NCBI GenBank assembly: GCA_964035545.1
Contig: OZ037765.1
Coordinates: 19,282,995-19,346,994, forward strand
From: Bugula neritina
Lineage: Eukaryota; Animalia; Bryozoa
Direction: 5' to 3'
Length of the DNA stretch: 64,000 nucleotides
Shown: positions 42,001 through 54,790 of the stretch, piece by piece
Layout: every line of letters begins with the position of its first letter
How positions within the stretch are numbered: position 1 is the first letter of the stretch
Position numbers and translations under genes: made by a program
The notes under the pieces: model-generated
Told to the model about the DNA's origin: nothing
Seen by the model: only the letters and a program-made list of their open reading frames with translations
Database searches by the model: none

Positions 42001-43002
42001 AATTGGTCTAATTTAGACATTACTTCAAACAAAACAAAATATATACATCATCAACCTGTTGGAAATTGTTTATATAGTAGCTTGTAATATTACCAATTTA
42101 GGCAACACTCCAGCAGGACCTGGAAATTTTCGCTTTTTTGAGGATGAAGTTTCGAGTTTTTCTCTCCCTGCAGCTGCAGGAGATGGTGTCACTGCAGGAA
42201 ATATTTCATTATTCTTGAAACTAACTGCAGAATTGATTGATGATACAGAGTCTGTCACAGCTAGAAAAAAATAAAGTCAGTATATATAGTATTATATGCA
42301 GTACAATGGGAGCAGCCATGGTCAGGGGGTGGGGGTAGAGCGCTGGGTTGGTAATCACAAGTCATGGATTTGATCCCCAATAAAGGCCATTGATGAGGTT
42401 AGGAGGAGCATCCAGTCACAATTGCTCTTCTGCTACATATGAATAAGTCCTTAGCCCACTTTAAAAACTCTTTCATCAGGGGTTTCTCACAGGGATAAAG
42501 ACTATAAACTTGTGCGAGTCTTTTTTTATAGCATATGCAGTACAAAATTTATTTATCCACCAAGACAAGAATTACAAGTTTCAGTACAAATAAGTGGTTT
42601 AAGGTAACAAATTGACTAGCTTTTGCAAACAAGTCAAACAATATTCTCCTAACCATGAGTCGCTTCTGTGCACCTAAGTTAAATTGTGTCTACGTAACTG
42701 CCAGGATAAAGCAGCACCCGTTTTCCTCACTTATAAATGGGCTCCAGTCTAAAAGTGTTACCAAACTAAAAGAAAACATTTTAATCTGCTTCATTAGTCT
42801 CCAAAATAAAGTTAGTTAACTAACCGGAAGTGAGATAAACTTGTTTGCTGCTATTAGCAATAGGAGTGCTACACATTGGTGGGACAGTAGGTTCAGCTTT
42901 CACCTTTGATGATGTGATGATTGTTGATGTAGACTCTTGTTTGTCCAAATCTAGAATTGTAGCTTCAAACTCCCCATCACTCTCCCACTCATCAGAATCC
43001 AT
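39028..43002 (-). CDS. HROB: Homologous recombination OB-fold protein (C17orf53/MCM8IP)
   Basis: Exons approx. 42825-43002, 42094-42260, 41474-41545, 41078-41210, 40720-40829, 40434-40519, 39410-39954, 39028-39053. Motifs RKFPGPAGVLP, GKAPLLVAVLVSINKSLPDAIVTLRDLTG, GSITGILHR..GSTLLLKQ, ISVFSPSRTRQYLNITPNNVLQIY, and an acidic end DDLDDINF*. Confidence 0.92.
42308..42530 (+). mobile_element. tRNA-derived SINE copy 5 with 13-bp TSD
   Basis: Family match; atatgcagtacaa at 42294-42306 and 42533-42545. Confidence 0.9.
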
Positions 43003-43050
43003 CTTATATCACCTGATTCAACCTATAGGACAACTCTTGTAAATTTAGTA

Positions 43051-43435
43051 ATGAGTCATTTTACTTAATTTAGTACACACTGGAAATATCCAGTTTTAAC
43101 TATTTTGTACAATTTAGCTGCTAATGAACAAGGGTTTTTGCCCAAAACTAGTAAAATATCAATAAATACACCTAAGTAATCAAGGTTTTTCTTAATTTTG
43201 CTTGATTGCCCATGTTTTTTCCTATCAATTTAGCTAATTTAGATTGCGGACCGTTACGAAAAAACCATAACGGTCAGCAATCGAAAGTAGCTGAATAATT
43301 AGGAAAAAACATAGGTGTATTTATTGATATTTTACTAGTTTTGGGAAAAAACCCTTGTTCATTACCAGCTAAATTGTGAGCAATAGCTAAAAACTGGGAA
43401 TTTCCAATGTGTACTAAATTGAGTAAAATGACCAT
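43051..43435. mobile_element. MITE-like fold-back element
   Basis: Outer arms 43055-43175 / 43311-43432 and inner arms 43210-43257 / 43266-43315 are reverse complements. Confidence 0.7.
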
Positions 43436-46175
43436 AATTACACCATATACTAAAACCACTAACAGAAATCAGAATTGGGGATCTTCAGTAATAACAGCAT
43501 GAATTTTATTTACTTCATAAATTTGTGGATATTTTTTGCCTGTGAAATTACTGAAATTTTCAAGCTTATACTTTCATCTTTTACTTTGCATCAGCATTAA
43601 TTCAAAATATTTACAAGCCTGTCGCTCTTAAAATTTCTGGTCAACATGCTATTCAGAGGAATGGTGCTGATTTCCATACAAGTATGAACTACTACTTTCT
43701 TGAGGTAAAGATAAAAAAGTAGCCCAACATTAGACCTATCAAAACTGTCAAGCTACACAAGTAGCTACTAAATTTCACCTAGTTGTGCAAACATAAAGAA
43801 AAACTTGGCAAAATTCATATTTTGGAACGTCTACAGAATTTCAATTCATTTATTTTATAATAAATGTTAAAAAAATATACATTAAATTAATATAAAAACG
43901 AAAATTTATTCAAAATTGGAAATAGAAAAATGTTCAGTTTTAGTATTCATACATATTAGTGTAGCTGGTTTTCTGCAAAATCTTGATATTCTGCAGAATT
44001 TTGTAACGAAAAAATTTACCAGAAAGCTTTTCGGCTTACATTATGACTACTACATAAAATATTGGCATAGTTTGCATCTCAATTGAAAGATTAAAAGCTT
44101 TACAATTTTTTTTAATATTAGAATTCTGAATTCATGAAATCATATGTATTAGTAATTTTTGATATCTTAATAATTACAGTTTTCCATGATTTTTTTGCAA
44201 TTTAAAAATTAACAAAAGGTGTAGAAAATTAAACCAAAACTGAAAGCAAACTAAAAATTTGTAAAGTAACACTTCTGGTTATAAAATATGCTGATGACTA
44301 TAGTTTGTGAAAACAGCTTTAGGCTGTTATCTAATAATTCAAAATAAAGTTATTATAAATCCAGTTTGGCTAATTTTCAATTTTTTAGGTCTTATAGCTA
44401 CATGTTTTGTAGTATTATGTCTTAGGAATTCAAATTATAAAATTTGATTGTGTTTAAGAACAAAATAACTTGGGTATGAGTTATCATAACAATAAGATAT
44501 TGTTGCACTTTTGTGTTGAGAAATTGTAAAATCTGTTTCAGTCATGTTATGGCTAAAACATATGCACACCAGTGATGCTGTTCGAATACTGTAAATTGAT
44601 AACCTGATTTTGTAAAATTTACAGGTGTATACTAAAGTCTTACTTGGTTAGAGTTGAAAACATGCTGCTACTCTTTTATGTCGACAAAAAAATTTGAGAT
44701 GTTATGTAATGTTGTAAAATGTATGAACAATGAGCTGAATGAAACTTAAACTCGCGACGTCTAATCTTAACAGTATCTCAAACTATCAGTGATTACAAAA
44801 AAATGGAAGTACTTGCAATTAAACTACAAGTTTTTTGCAGAAAATAATTTTTCCACAATTCATAGACACTAAAGGGTCTTAGATTAGATGTAAGTGTAAA
44901 GGAAAGCATACATTTTATTGCTGATTCCACTGTGATAATTAAAATTCAGATGAAAAGTATTTCATTGTTTATAGATTTTGGTAACTGTGACTATGATTAT
45001 CACTATTCCCATGACTCATCATCAATAGTAAGTCATAAAATTAACTATAATTATTACTTCTATTTATTTACATAATAATATATTAAGCTTCAATATGGGA
45101 TATATCACAAGTTTAGATTTAGTCAACATTCTATCATTCAATTTTTATCCTCATATTTACTATAATATTCATACTGATATTCATATGCTAATACTAAGCG
45201 CCTTATATTTAAAGTTATAGTAATATCATATAATTATACTTGCACTTACAGCCATAGTCACAGTATTGATAAGGAATAATCAGAATAATTATCACTATTA
45301 ATATATTTTTAAATTCAGGGATTGGCAAAATTAGTAAAACTCTGCCTAAATTAATTATAATAACTAGAAATAAAAGTTAATCATTACTATTATACATATA
45401 GGTAAAGTAAATTACTGCTTGACTCAACAACAGTACAAATATCAATCTCCGCATCAGTATCACTAATCACCAATGCCAGCTTCAGTGGGCCTGCATTCTG
45501 ATTATTATGATTAACCACATTCAAATTCAACCTGAACTAAAATTAATGCATATGGTGAAATCGTCATATAGCCAAATGAATATGAACGTGAAACACTCCA
45601 ATAGAATGTTACTTTGAATGTGGTGCAAAAATTTTAAATGCAATTGGGTCACTCAAACTCAAACTGTGAGCAACACTAAGTCAAACCGTGTCTTTCACTA
45701 ACAGTAACTGATTAAGTCACTGGCTGTGGATCAAGGGCCATCATAATTATAACCATAGTGATAATAAGATAATAACTATAAGCCTAAGGATAAGGAAAAT
45801 CATAAGATTAACAGTAACTCAAACTTTTACTTCAGGTTACAAGTATAACCATTAGTATTACTATTACCGAGTATTACTATTAGTGTTACTACTAGTAATT
45901 CTATAAGTATAACTATAACTTATAGCTATAGTATAAGACCAAGTATAATGATACTATTATTCATTACTAATAGTAATACTCTAAGTATAAGTACAACAGT
46001 AACAATAATTATAATTTAAATTTAAACTTGATCTAGTGTGAAATTCTTTTACTTTGGTAACTCTAAGACTAAGTTAAAGTATAAAGTCAAAGTAAGCATG
46101 AAGTTGAACCGTGAAAGTAAATCCATAATCATAATAATTGAATCAATATGAATTTATCATTATCATTATGGTTCA

Positions 46176-46388
46176 ACAGCCGTGGTCTAGGGGTTAGATC
46201 GTTTGCCTAGTATGCACGAAGTCATGGGTTCGAGCCCAGACAAAGGCCATTGGTGATGTTAGGAAGAGCATCCAGTCATAATTGCTCCTGTGCCTCATCT
46301 AAATAAGTCCTTAGCTCGCTTTAACAAAAATCCTTTCCGTCAGGAGTTTCTCACAGGTATAGTGACTATAAACTTGCGTGAGTTTTTT
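46176..46388 (+). mobile_element. tRNA-derived SINE copy 6
   Basis: Family match, B box ggttcgagccc; near-perfect TSD attat(g/a)gttcaaca. Confidence 0.88.
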
Positions 46389-46689
46389 ATTATAGTTCAA
46401 CACAATTTTGATATTAGTATTACTAAATCTAATACTATTAGTATTACTATTACAATATGAATATCATTAATAATAATATTGTCAATATGAATATATAACC
46501 AACTAGTACTGTAAGTGTACTACGTGTACTGTACTGTACCAGTACCTATATGTATAATAATGATAAACTTTTATTTCTAGTTATTATAATTAATTTAGGC
46601 AGAGTTTTACTAATGCTGCTATCTTTGAATTTAAAAATATATTAATAGTGATAATTATTCTGATTATTCATTATCAATACTGTGACTAC

Positions 46690-47227
46690 CACTCTATGAT
46701 GCTCCAGTTAAAGTTAAGCTCATAGCATACACTACTCTGTGTAGACCGCTTCTAGAGTATGCCTGCGAAATTTGGGATCCTGCACATCTCATGCTAAGCA
46801 ACAATCTAGAGAAAGTTCAAAACAAGGCAGTACGTTTTGTAAAAAACTTAAAAGGCTGGGATGTCTCAGTGACCGAATCCAAGGCGGAGTTAAACTTAAA
46901 GGCTTTAAATAAATCCAGACAAGAACACAGATTCACGCTATTCTTTAAAGTGTTGCAGCATGAAGCATTCTTCCCTAACCTAATTAACACTCTTAACTCC
47001 ATGAAATCTCTCCGTAATACCAATATTGGGGACAGTAACTCTTTTAATTCAATATCCTGTAATACTAATAAGTTCCTGCATAGCTTCCTCATTAGAACAG
47101 CCCGTGAACTACGCACGGGAGAAACACTAGCAGACTAACAAAAAAGACCTGGACATCCGATAGTTCCACCTTTCCCTTATCTGGGGTCTTGGAACTAAAT
47201 CAAGACAAGACAAGACAAGACAAGACA
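46690..47227 (+). mobile_element. 5'-truncated non-LTR retrotransposon (post-RT C-terminus of ORF2) with (CAAGA)n tail
   Basis: Open frame 46692-47138: AYTTLCRPLLEYACEIWDP..LEKVQNKAVRFV..HSFLIRTARE. Short 3'UTR, then caagacaagacaagacaagacaagaca; no clear TSD. Confidence 0.88.
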
Positions 47228-47774
47228 CTGTAAGTGCAAGTATAATAATAATCTAAATTATTATTATACAATATATGATATTACTATAACTTTAAATATA
47301 AGGCTATTAATATTAGTATAACTATATGAATATCAATATGAATATTATAGTAAAACTAAATAGTAAATATGAAGATAAAATTGGATGATAGAAATAGAAT
47401 GTTGACTAAATCTGAACTTGTGATATATCCCATATTGATATTGAAGCTTAGTATATTATTAAGTAGTAGTACCATTACGGCTACCAGTACCAGTACGGGT
47501 GAGTACCTGTACTATGAGAGTATGACTATCACTATCACTATCAGTATCAATATCATAATCATTTGTTGATATTTATCATTTTATGTGTAATATAATTATC
47601 AATGACCTTGTTAAGATGATAATCATAATCATTTATGATTAATCATTGTGCTTATCAGTTATCATTGACAATTAATCATTGTAATTGTGATAATTATTAA
47701 TAATAATTATAACATGTTGATATCATAAAATAATCATAATCATGTTTATACTTATACTTATAGTTATATTATAG

Positions 47775-48040
47775 AAACTTCCCGCACTCACGTACGGGCT
47801 GCAAGGCGGTTTGTGATTGGTCTATGTTCACTTTCCTAATGTGAAAGAGTAAATGCTGCTGAAGCTAAAATAACTAGCCTACGTTCTTACTCACATGATC
47901 ACTTGAGTATTTATATTATGATAATTGTATTTATCCATTTGGCAGGGCGTAACGAATAATGCATTAGACAACTAGAAGCTTTGATCGCTACAACTTTCCA
48001 ATGATAAAACCATTTAAGCGAGATCGGAGATCAATTATTG
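47775..48040. promoter_or_regulatory. Inferred HROB/CFAP418 bidirectional promoter
   Basis: Short CpG-containing island between (ANT)n zones, with an E2F-like TTCCCGC, a reverse CCAAT (gattgg) and minus-strand GTGAGT donors (actcac). Inference only. Confidence 0.45.
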
Positions 48041-48580
48041 TTTTTTAGTTTCTAAAGCAAACAATAAAATCATAAATGATAATCATCACTTGATGATAAT
48101 ATCATCACTAGTTCCCATAATCATTTTATTTCTGTTATAGTATAAGTATTTTAATTACAATAGGTAGCGTTTATGACCTATTCAATTACAAGCTATGCGA
48201 ATATATAATACTAATAGTAATAGTAATAACTAATACTAAAAGTAAAAGTAATACTAATAGTAATAGACAATAGTAATACTAATAGTAATACTACTAGTAC
48301 TACTAGTCGACAGTAGTAAGTAGTACCAGTACTAGTAGTAATACTAATACTAATAGTAATAGTAATTCAGTGAATAAGTAATTGTGATGCTGATAAATTC
48401 AATTAATAATTTTATTAACCATTAATAAATTAATCGAATATAAAATAATAAATAATATTAATTATGATTATGAGTAAGTTTAGGTTACCGTTATGTTGAG
48501 CTTGATGCTTTACTTTTAGTTTTGCCAAATTTTCACCTGACGATAGCCATGATCATTTTCATTGTGATTGTCATGATTTT

Positions 48581-48839
48581 AGGTAAAAATGGCACTGGTA
48601 AAATTGGCACAGGTAATAATGGCACAGGTGATAATGGCACAAATGGAAAGTAGGTAAAATGGCAAACTGATGTTAAATTTTCCCCAGCCTTAAAGTTAAA
48701 CCCCAAACTTAAACCTCCATCTCTAAACCTCTCCTTACCAACCCACTACCCCAAACTCTAATGTTGAAAATGTGCCATTTTTACTTACTTTGCCACTTGT
48801 GCCATTTTACCTGTGCGATTTCTACCGCGCAATTTTTAC
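48581..48839. mobile_element. MITE-like element with inverted arrays of a ~15-bp unit (ggtaaaaatggcaca)
   Basis: Four or five ggtaa..atggcac units on the left, inverted gtgccatttt(acc) units on the right, and a C-rich aaaccc core. Confidence 0.65.
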
Positions 48840-48929
48840 AGGACATAGATTGTCATATTCATATCATAGTCACTTTGTGGTTGTCCAATCATAATGAATC
48901 AACAAGAAAAATGATTGAGTTTTATTTTG

Positions 48930-49580
48930 TTTTACTGCTACTACTAGTGCTATTACTACCACTACTACTACCGCTACTAGTACGACTACTACCACTGCTA
49001 CTACTAGTACTACTGCTGTAGTGAACTAGGCTGTGATTTGAGCAATGAATCCTTACTGATGTCCTTTATTGTATTATTATTCTAACGTTATGCTGATTGG
49101 CATCATTTGACAGTGATTGACATCGATTGACATCGTCAAGACTACAATTTCAATTCAAAACTTACATAGTCTCAACATAAACATATATATAAATAATATG
49201 AGAACTACAAACAGTTGTAGTCCACAAAAGAAACAATATAATTAATATAAATGACTTATTTATTTTTGCTCTCTTAACATTACAACTAGTTCACTAGCAC
49301 CAACTATTGCCAAGTGCCAGAGGTTTTTTAGTTAGCACTGGCTGTGCTGTAGAAAGCTTTTCTTTGTATGTTTTTAATATAGCTAAGATTGCTAAGCAAA
49401 CTCACACTAATTTCACTATAACTGCTACTACCACGACTTCCACCGCTACCACTCCCACTACTACCACTGCTATTACCACTGCTACTATTACCACTACCAC
49501 CACCACCACCGATACTGCCACTACCACCACTACTGATGCTACAACTACCACCACTACTAATACTACCACTACCTCCACTA
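48930..49580. repeat. (CTA/ACT/ACC)n trinucleotide tracts (48930-49020, 49420-49580)
   Basis: Direct reading; explains the poly-Thr/Val/Leu ORFs. Confidence 0.9.
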
Positions 49581-50325
49581 ATAATGCTGCCACTACCATT
49601 AGTCTTATTTAATAATGAATAATCAAGTTATTCAATGAGCTAGCTACTTATTAATCTCATATTGTCAAAAAATAATAGTGAGAGGATGTATATTTCAAGT
49701 CACCTAATTAATATCAAATCATTGCTATAGCTTTTTATGCAAATACAATATTTTAATTACAATGTACATCACAATGTACTATAAATGCTTGTTTCCAAAA
49801 TAAACATATTCCCATGTCATTGTTTAACCTTTATTTCAATTTCTAAAGATTTTATATAGTCATTGTCGTTATAATTATTACTAAACTTTGTTAAATGGTA
49901 TTGACATCAACTGTGGCCACACTGGCAATTTGAGCTTTTAATTATTAATTCTGTTTTAGTTTGATTGTTTAATTTTTCAGTATTATGTTTTCTCTATTTT
50001 TTTCATATGAGCCAGTGTAAGTAAATCTTAAACTGGTATAGCTATTAATAGACAATGTAAATAATTTTTATAACGTAATATCATGTTGACTCCAATAAAA
50101 TTAAGAGCAATCATCATAAAATAAATAATATTTTGACTAGTTTATTTGGTTTTACGTATATTTATTTTTTATGCAGAGTAATATTCAATGAACAAAATTT
50201 GTGAAAGTACCCCAAACCATCATGCCCGATGTCATGCTTATGGTGAAAGCAGCGGCAGTAGTGGTGGTAGCGTATATATTCAACTCAACGGTAAATACAT
50301 TTATTTGTAAAATATTGTTGTAGAT

Positions 50326-53090
50326 ATGGCTGATGATATTGATGATCTACTAGATGAAGTGGAAGCTAGTTTTGTTAAGAAGCATGAATCACCAAAGAAG
50401 CTTAGCAAAACTCTATCTTCTTCTAACAAAATTAAAGAGTATGCTATGTCAATTTTATTTTGAATTTATAAATTTTTATATTTGAAACAATCAAGTTGTC
50501 TTCCATCAGGTCAGGTTTTATCTCATGAACAATTTTTATAGCAGGTACAAAGATGATGACTTGAATTCTATTATGGATGAAATCTGTGCTATTCCCGAAG
50601 CAGATAACCTGGCGAGTATTTTAGCATTTAATATGTATTTCTGGCACTTTAGATGTTTAATAACTTTATATTGTGTTTTGTTCTATCTTTAAATGTACCT
50701 CAAACAAAAAACAATTTTATCTTCACAAACTTTCTAATTACTAACTAGCCTCTTGTATTGTTTACTGTTTGGAGGCTTTTAAGCTACAAGGGTAGTGAAA
50801 TTCTAAGATTTTGATTTGATGGAGTGGAAAGTCATTAATACTTAATTATTCAATTGTTTAATGTAAAATTTCTTGCAAAAATATATGTGTTTGACTGGTT
50901 TGGTTACAGCTTTGTCTTACCAATAATGTAAAAGGTCATGCCATGTTACATAACTGTTATTTTTGTTGACTGCATGTTCAGTGTTAGCAGTTTTTGATTG
51001 TGTAAGCGTTGACAGTACAAAACTGAAGTTCATAGTTTTACGTATATTTTGTTTTAGTCAATACCAAACGCCATTAGCCATACTGCCCCAGTTACACCAG
51101 GAAACACTAAAAAGCGGTTAGTGGTCTACATTTGTATGATATATTCTTCTTGCAAAAATCAGAATCTTTTATTAAGTTGTTGCAAACTTTTACATATCAT
51201 ATAAGCACACTTATCGGAATCTGGTTTTGCTACATGTTACATGATATTTAATGCTATTTTAGTTGTTTCCAACTGTATTTGTCTGGCACTGCTGTTCCTG
51301 ATGGAATCAACACCACGGCGCATCAGAGGTATTGCATCTTTTAATGGGCATCGCTAACTTCCATAATTTCCTAACCAGAAATATTTTTAAACTACCACAA
51401 TAAAAATTACCACCTTAACTTGGTTAATAATAATTTGCAAATGAAAAATTAAATGTTTTACTCAATACACCCTTTTCGAAGGTCCCCAATGTCCCTCTAA
51501 CAATTAAGAGTTGTGTTCTTCCAAAATCAAAATTGTTGAACAAAATAAACTTGAATCCATTTTTGAGGTTGTGGTTGATGAGCAATGCTGGAGTGCCACT
51601 TCAGCATTGCTCAGTAACGAAAACAACAAAAATGCTTTTAAGTTTATTTTCTTCAAAATTATCCATGAAGAAATATTTTAAAAAAATTTTTGAGCTGCTA
51701 ATATATGTACTTACACCAAAATATCTATCTCCTAAAAACAATTCTATAGCATAATTAGAGTTTCAAGTAGCAGCCAAACTTAAAATTTTTGATGAGTTCG
51801 CTCTTTATGTAAACATTCAACCTATTCACTTTGGGAGGACACAACTCTAAATTGTAAAGGGGATATCAGAGACCTCTGAAAAAGGTCTCTTCTGGTTAGA
51901 TATTTCAGCTGGTTATATGTTCTATGTTTAGAAATTTTAAAGATCTTTTGGTAGTTCAAATATTTCCCACTGTTTCAAACAATTGAATAAGTGTTTAAAT
52001 ATTATCTTGGCTTCTGTGTATGTGCATGCTTGGTTGTAAAATAGAAAGTGAAAATATAAAATGTTATTCATATTTTTACTCATTGGAATGATTTCAGGGC
52101 GTGTGACAGCCTGCGATGTACGGACTGTGATTTCAAAGTTTCAACTTTTAAAGATGTAGTGTGGGATTCATCAACAGACTATTTATTTCTCAGGAATAAC
52201 ATGCCAGACTTCAGTAGACTCAAGGCTAAATTACTGCACAAGTCTGGTAAGCTTATTGCTTGAGCCTTTGTGAAGTAAAGCTGAACATTACTTTGTCAGG
52301 CCATTTCTTGATTTTCCTTATAATAATATATATTATAATATAATACAAGAGAAAACAACTCCGAATTGCACATAACTTAATATATTATAATAATATATAT
52401 TATAATATAATAATATATATTATTATAATATATTGAGTTGTGTGTAATTCGGATTTGTTTTCTCTTGTATTACCATGCTAAGTTAAAGTTTCAAATATCT
52501 TAAACTTATGGAAGATACTAGTAGCTAGTAACTTTTTTGAAATTATGTTAATCAGCTTAGTGTAGGTATCCATTCGCTGCGTAATATACAACAAATGTGG
52601 TGCATTTTTTTCTTTTTTTTTAATGTTTCGTTCAAATTAAATTTAGTTATTTATTAATATAACTTGTCAAAGTGCATAGCTATACTGTTAAATAGAAATG
52701 CACCTCTTCAAGCAATTTTGTCACTAGTGTTGGGCAGCAAAATTCAAGCAGCATTTGTTTGTTCCATCATTCAAAGTCCATACCAAAAGTTTTACTATTT
52801 TTGCATTATTTTCGCCTTAATTAAAATACAATAATGAAGTCAGGAGATGATAATTGCTATTCATGAAGAGATCTTTTAACTAGAGAGATTAGATTTGATT
52901 TTATTTGTTCCATGGTAAATTGTTAACTTTTATGTATAGTGTATACGTGTTGAGTTGTGTAAATTATATTTTAAATGTCTTTGCAGGAGCCAAGGCTTAT
53001 GCTTGTCAATGTAAATTTCGGTCAGTTAATAAACTGATGGACGTTAGTAAAGAGAAAGAACTAAAATGGGTTTGTGGTAAACACGCATAA
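50326..53090 (+). CDS. CFAP418: Cilia- and flagella-associated protein 418 (C8orf37, retinal maintenance domain)
   Basis: Exons 50326-50438, 50542-50611, 51058-51116, 51263-51328, 52098-52246, 52987-53090. [13 protein letters not shown].. [53 protein letters not shown]. Confidence 0.95.
51372..51899. mobile_element. Decayed MITE-like element in a CFAP418 intron
   Basis: ccttttcgaaggtcc..gtccctctaacaattaagagttgtgttcttccaaa (~51471-51525) versus tttgggaggacacaactctaaattgtaaagggga..gacctctgaaaaagg (~51830-51885); outer ctaaccagaa/ttctggttag. Confidence 0.55.
52341..52472. repeat. AT-cored hairpin
   Basis: taatacaagagaaaacaactccgaattgcacataact ... agttgtgtgtaattcggatttgttttctcttgtatta. Confidence 0.85.
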
Positions 53091-54079
53091 TAGTTATTCT
53101 AGTTGAGCAATTTTTGATGCGAAAGTTTCATGTGTTTCTATAACTGAATATTTTTTTTATTTTTTAGTAAATTAGTTCGTAATTTCATTGATAACTATTC
53201 CTCTTTTGTCTATACAAGATAAACTATTGTATCTGCTTAGAAATAGGCATACCAAAATTTTACCGGTTCTACTTTTAGTTATTTTGGAATCTGTAGCCTA
53301 ATTTTCAGCTTTTTTGTTTGGTTTACAATCATCTATAGCTACTTTGATAAGAATAGTGCCATTACTCAATCATTTGGCATTTATACTTATAAAAGCAGAT
53401 AACTCCCAATACTGTCTATACTTCACTTTCCGTCCTATCTATGGAGTCAGTTTTTTGGCAATAATTTTCTTACTGAATTGTTTTCTTACATAAATAAAGT
53501 ATTACAGCTTCAAATTGTAAAAGTGCTTGTTGTTTGTATTGCAAAGATTATATATTCTTATAAATATTCTTTTAATGCATCATATAATATTAACAGTTTG
53601 CTAAATTAATTGCCAAGCGTACAATTTGTGTTTTTAAATGTAATTTTCTAAAGTTATCCCACTAGTTTGACATAGTTTTTGTTCAAAAATATGCTTGTTG
53701 CATTTTAGTTCGGAAGTGCAACATATTAACTTCTCTTATATCTAATCATTAATCAGAAATCTACAGCCATGCAGTAATGTTGATAGTTTCTTACATCAAA
53801 GGCGGCAGTCCAACTTGTTTGGGCTATTGATACTGTTGCTAAACTAGATTAGCCAGTATTTTTTCTTGTATATGTATTAATTTTCAAACAACTGCAATTA
53901 CAAAATGCACCAATGCTGTTTCAAGCAGTATTTGTTTATTTTGATTGTTTTGGATAAATACACAGAGCTGGTGGTTTAGAAGCTATGAGCTCGTTGTGTG
54001 GTCGATGTTGGAGAAGCAGAGCTGCTGAGAGGGATTTGCTGTTCAGTGCAATCAACTACACTGTCTGCACTACTTCAGC

Positions 54080-54790
54080 TAGTAAATTAGCATTGCAAAT
54101 GAAGCAGCACGCAGGCTCCAACTTTCATTGCATTTTATGAAATTCTACTATAATTCATATCCTTTATATGGCATTCACATGTGACAACCCAATAAAGTTT
54201 GTTGAAGAACTTAGTGGCTTGCTGTGACATTCCTCGCCCTAAACGAATCTAATGTTACATTTGTACTGGCAGTGTTTGTCTTAGTGAATAGCAACAGCAT
54301 CTTGCATAACTGTATAATTGACAATTGATAAGATTTTGCACTGGCTAGCTACAGTTGACAAATCAACTTATACTAGATATTAAGAACAAGCAGATTACTG
54401 TCTATAGCACTTGTCATACTATCAAAAACTCAACTATCTTTCAGAGTTCTTTGCATAATCCAGTATATATTAGAAGTAAACTGCTGCTTAAGGGATTCAT
54501 AGAAGCATTTCAGTCTGTTCCTTGCGTACATTCCACTTATGAGCTTGTACTAATGTAACATTGTAATTGTAAGCCATTGCAAGCACCACAAATAATGAAT
54601 GGCAAACAGTCAAACATGGCTAAAGCACCTTTGAGTCTTTCTTATAATCTTGTTGCATATTTTATTAGCTGTATCACAAAATAGTCATCTTGCACTAAAT
54701 CTGTACACAGTTTGATCAACTTGCAAATGTCACCTTTAAGACTTCTGGTAGAGGCCAGGTGACAAAAGATTTCTATCAAAACTATTTGAT
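54080..54790 (-). pseudogene. Possible PIF/Harbinger nuclease relic
   Basis: Fragmentary minus-strand peptides in the expected order: VTWPLPE, LPFIICGACNG (cf. FP.VIGAIDG), NRLKC, TLKDS*VF (cf. HDSRVF), GACVLLH. Very degraded. Confidence 0.35.

Larger units (their letters stand above)
45075..47460. repeat. Inverted duplication: 45075-45388 versus 46558-46688 + 47228-47460
   Basis: Example: ttagtaaaactctgcctaaattaattataataactagaaataaaag and its reverse complement. The right arm is interrupted by a LINE and has gained short tandem duplications. Confidence 0.85.

Noticed and set aside
48581-48660. Short regularly spaced repeats as a CRISPR-like array
   Set aside because: Tandem 15-bp units without unique spacers, mirrored in inverted form, in a eukaryotic context with no cas genes.
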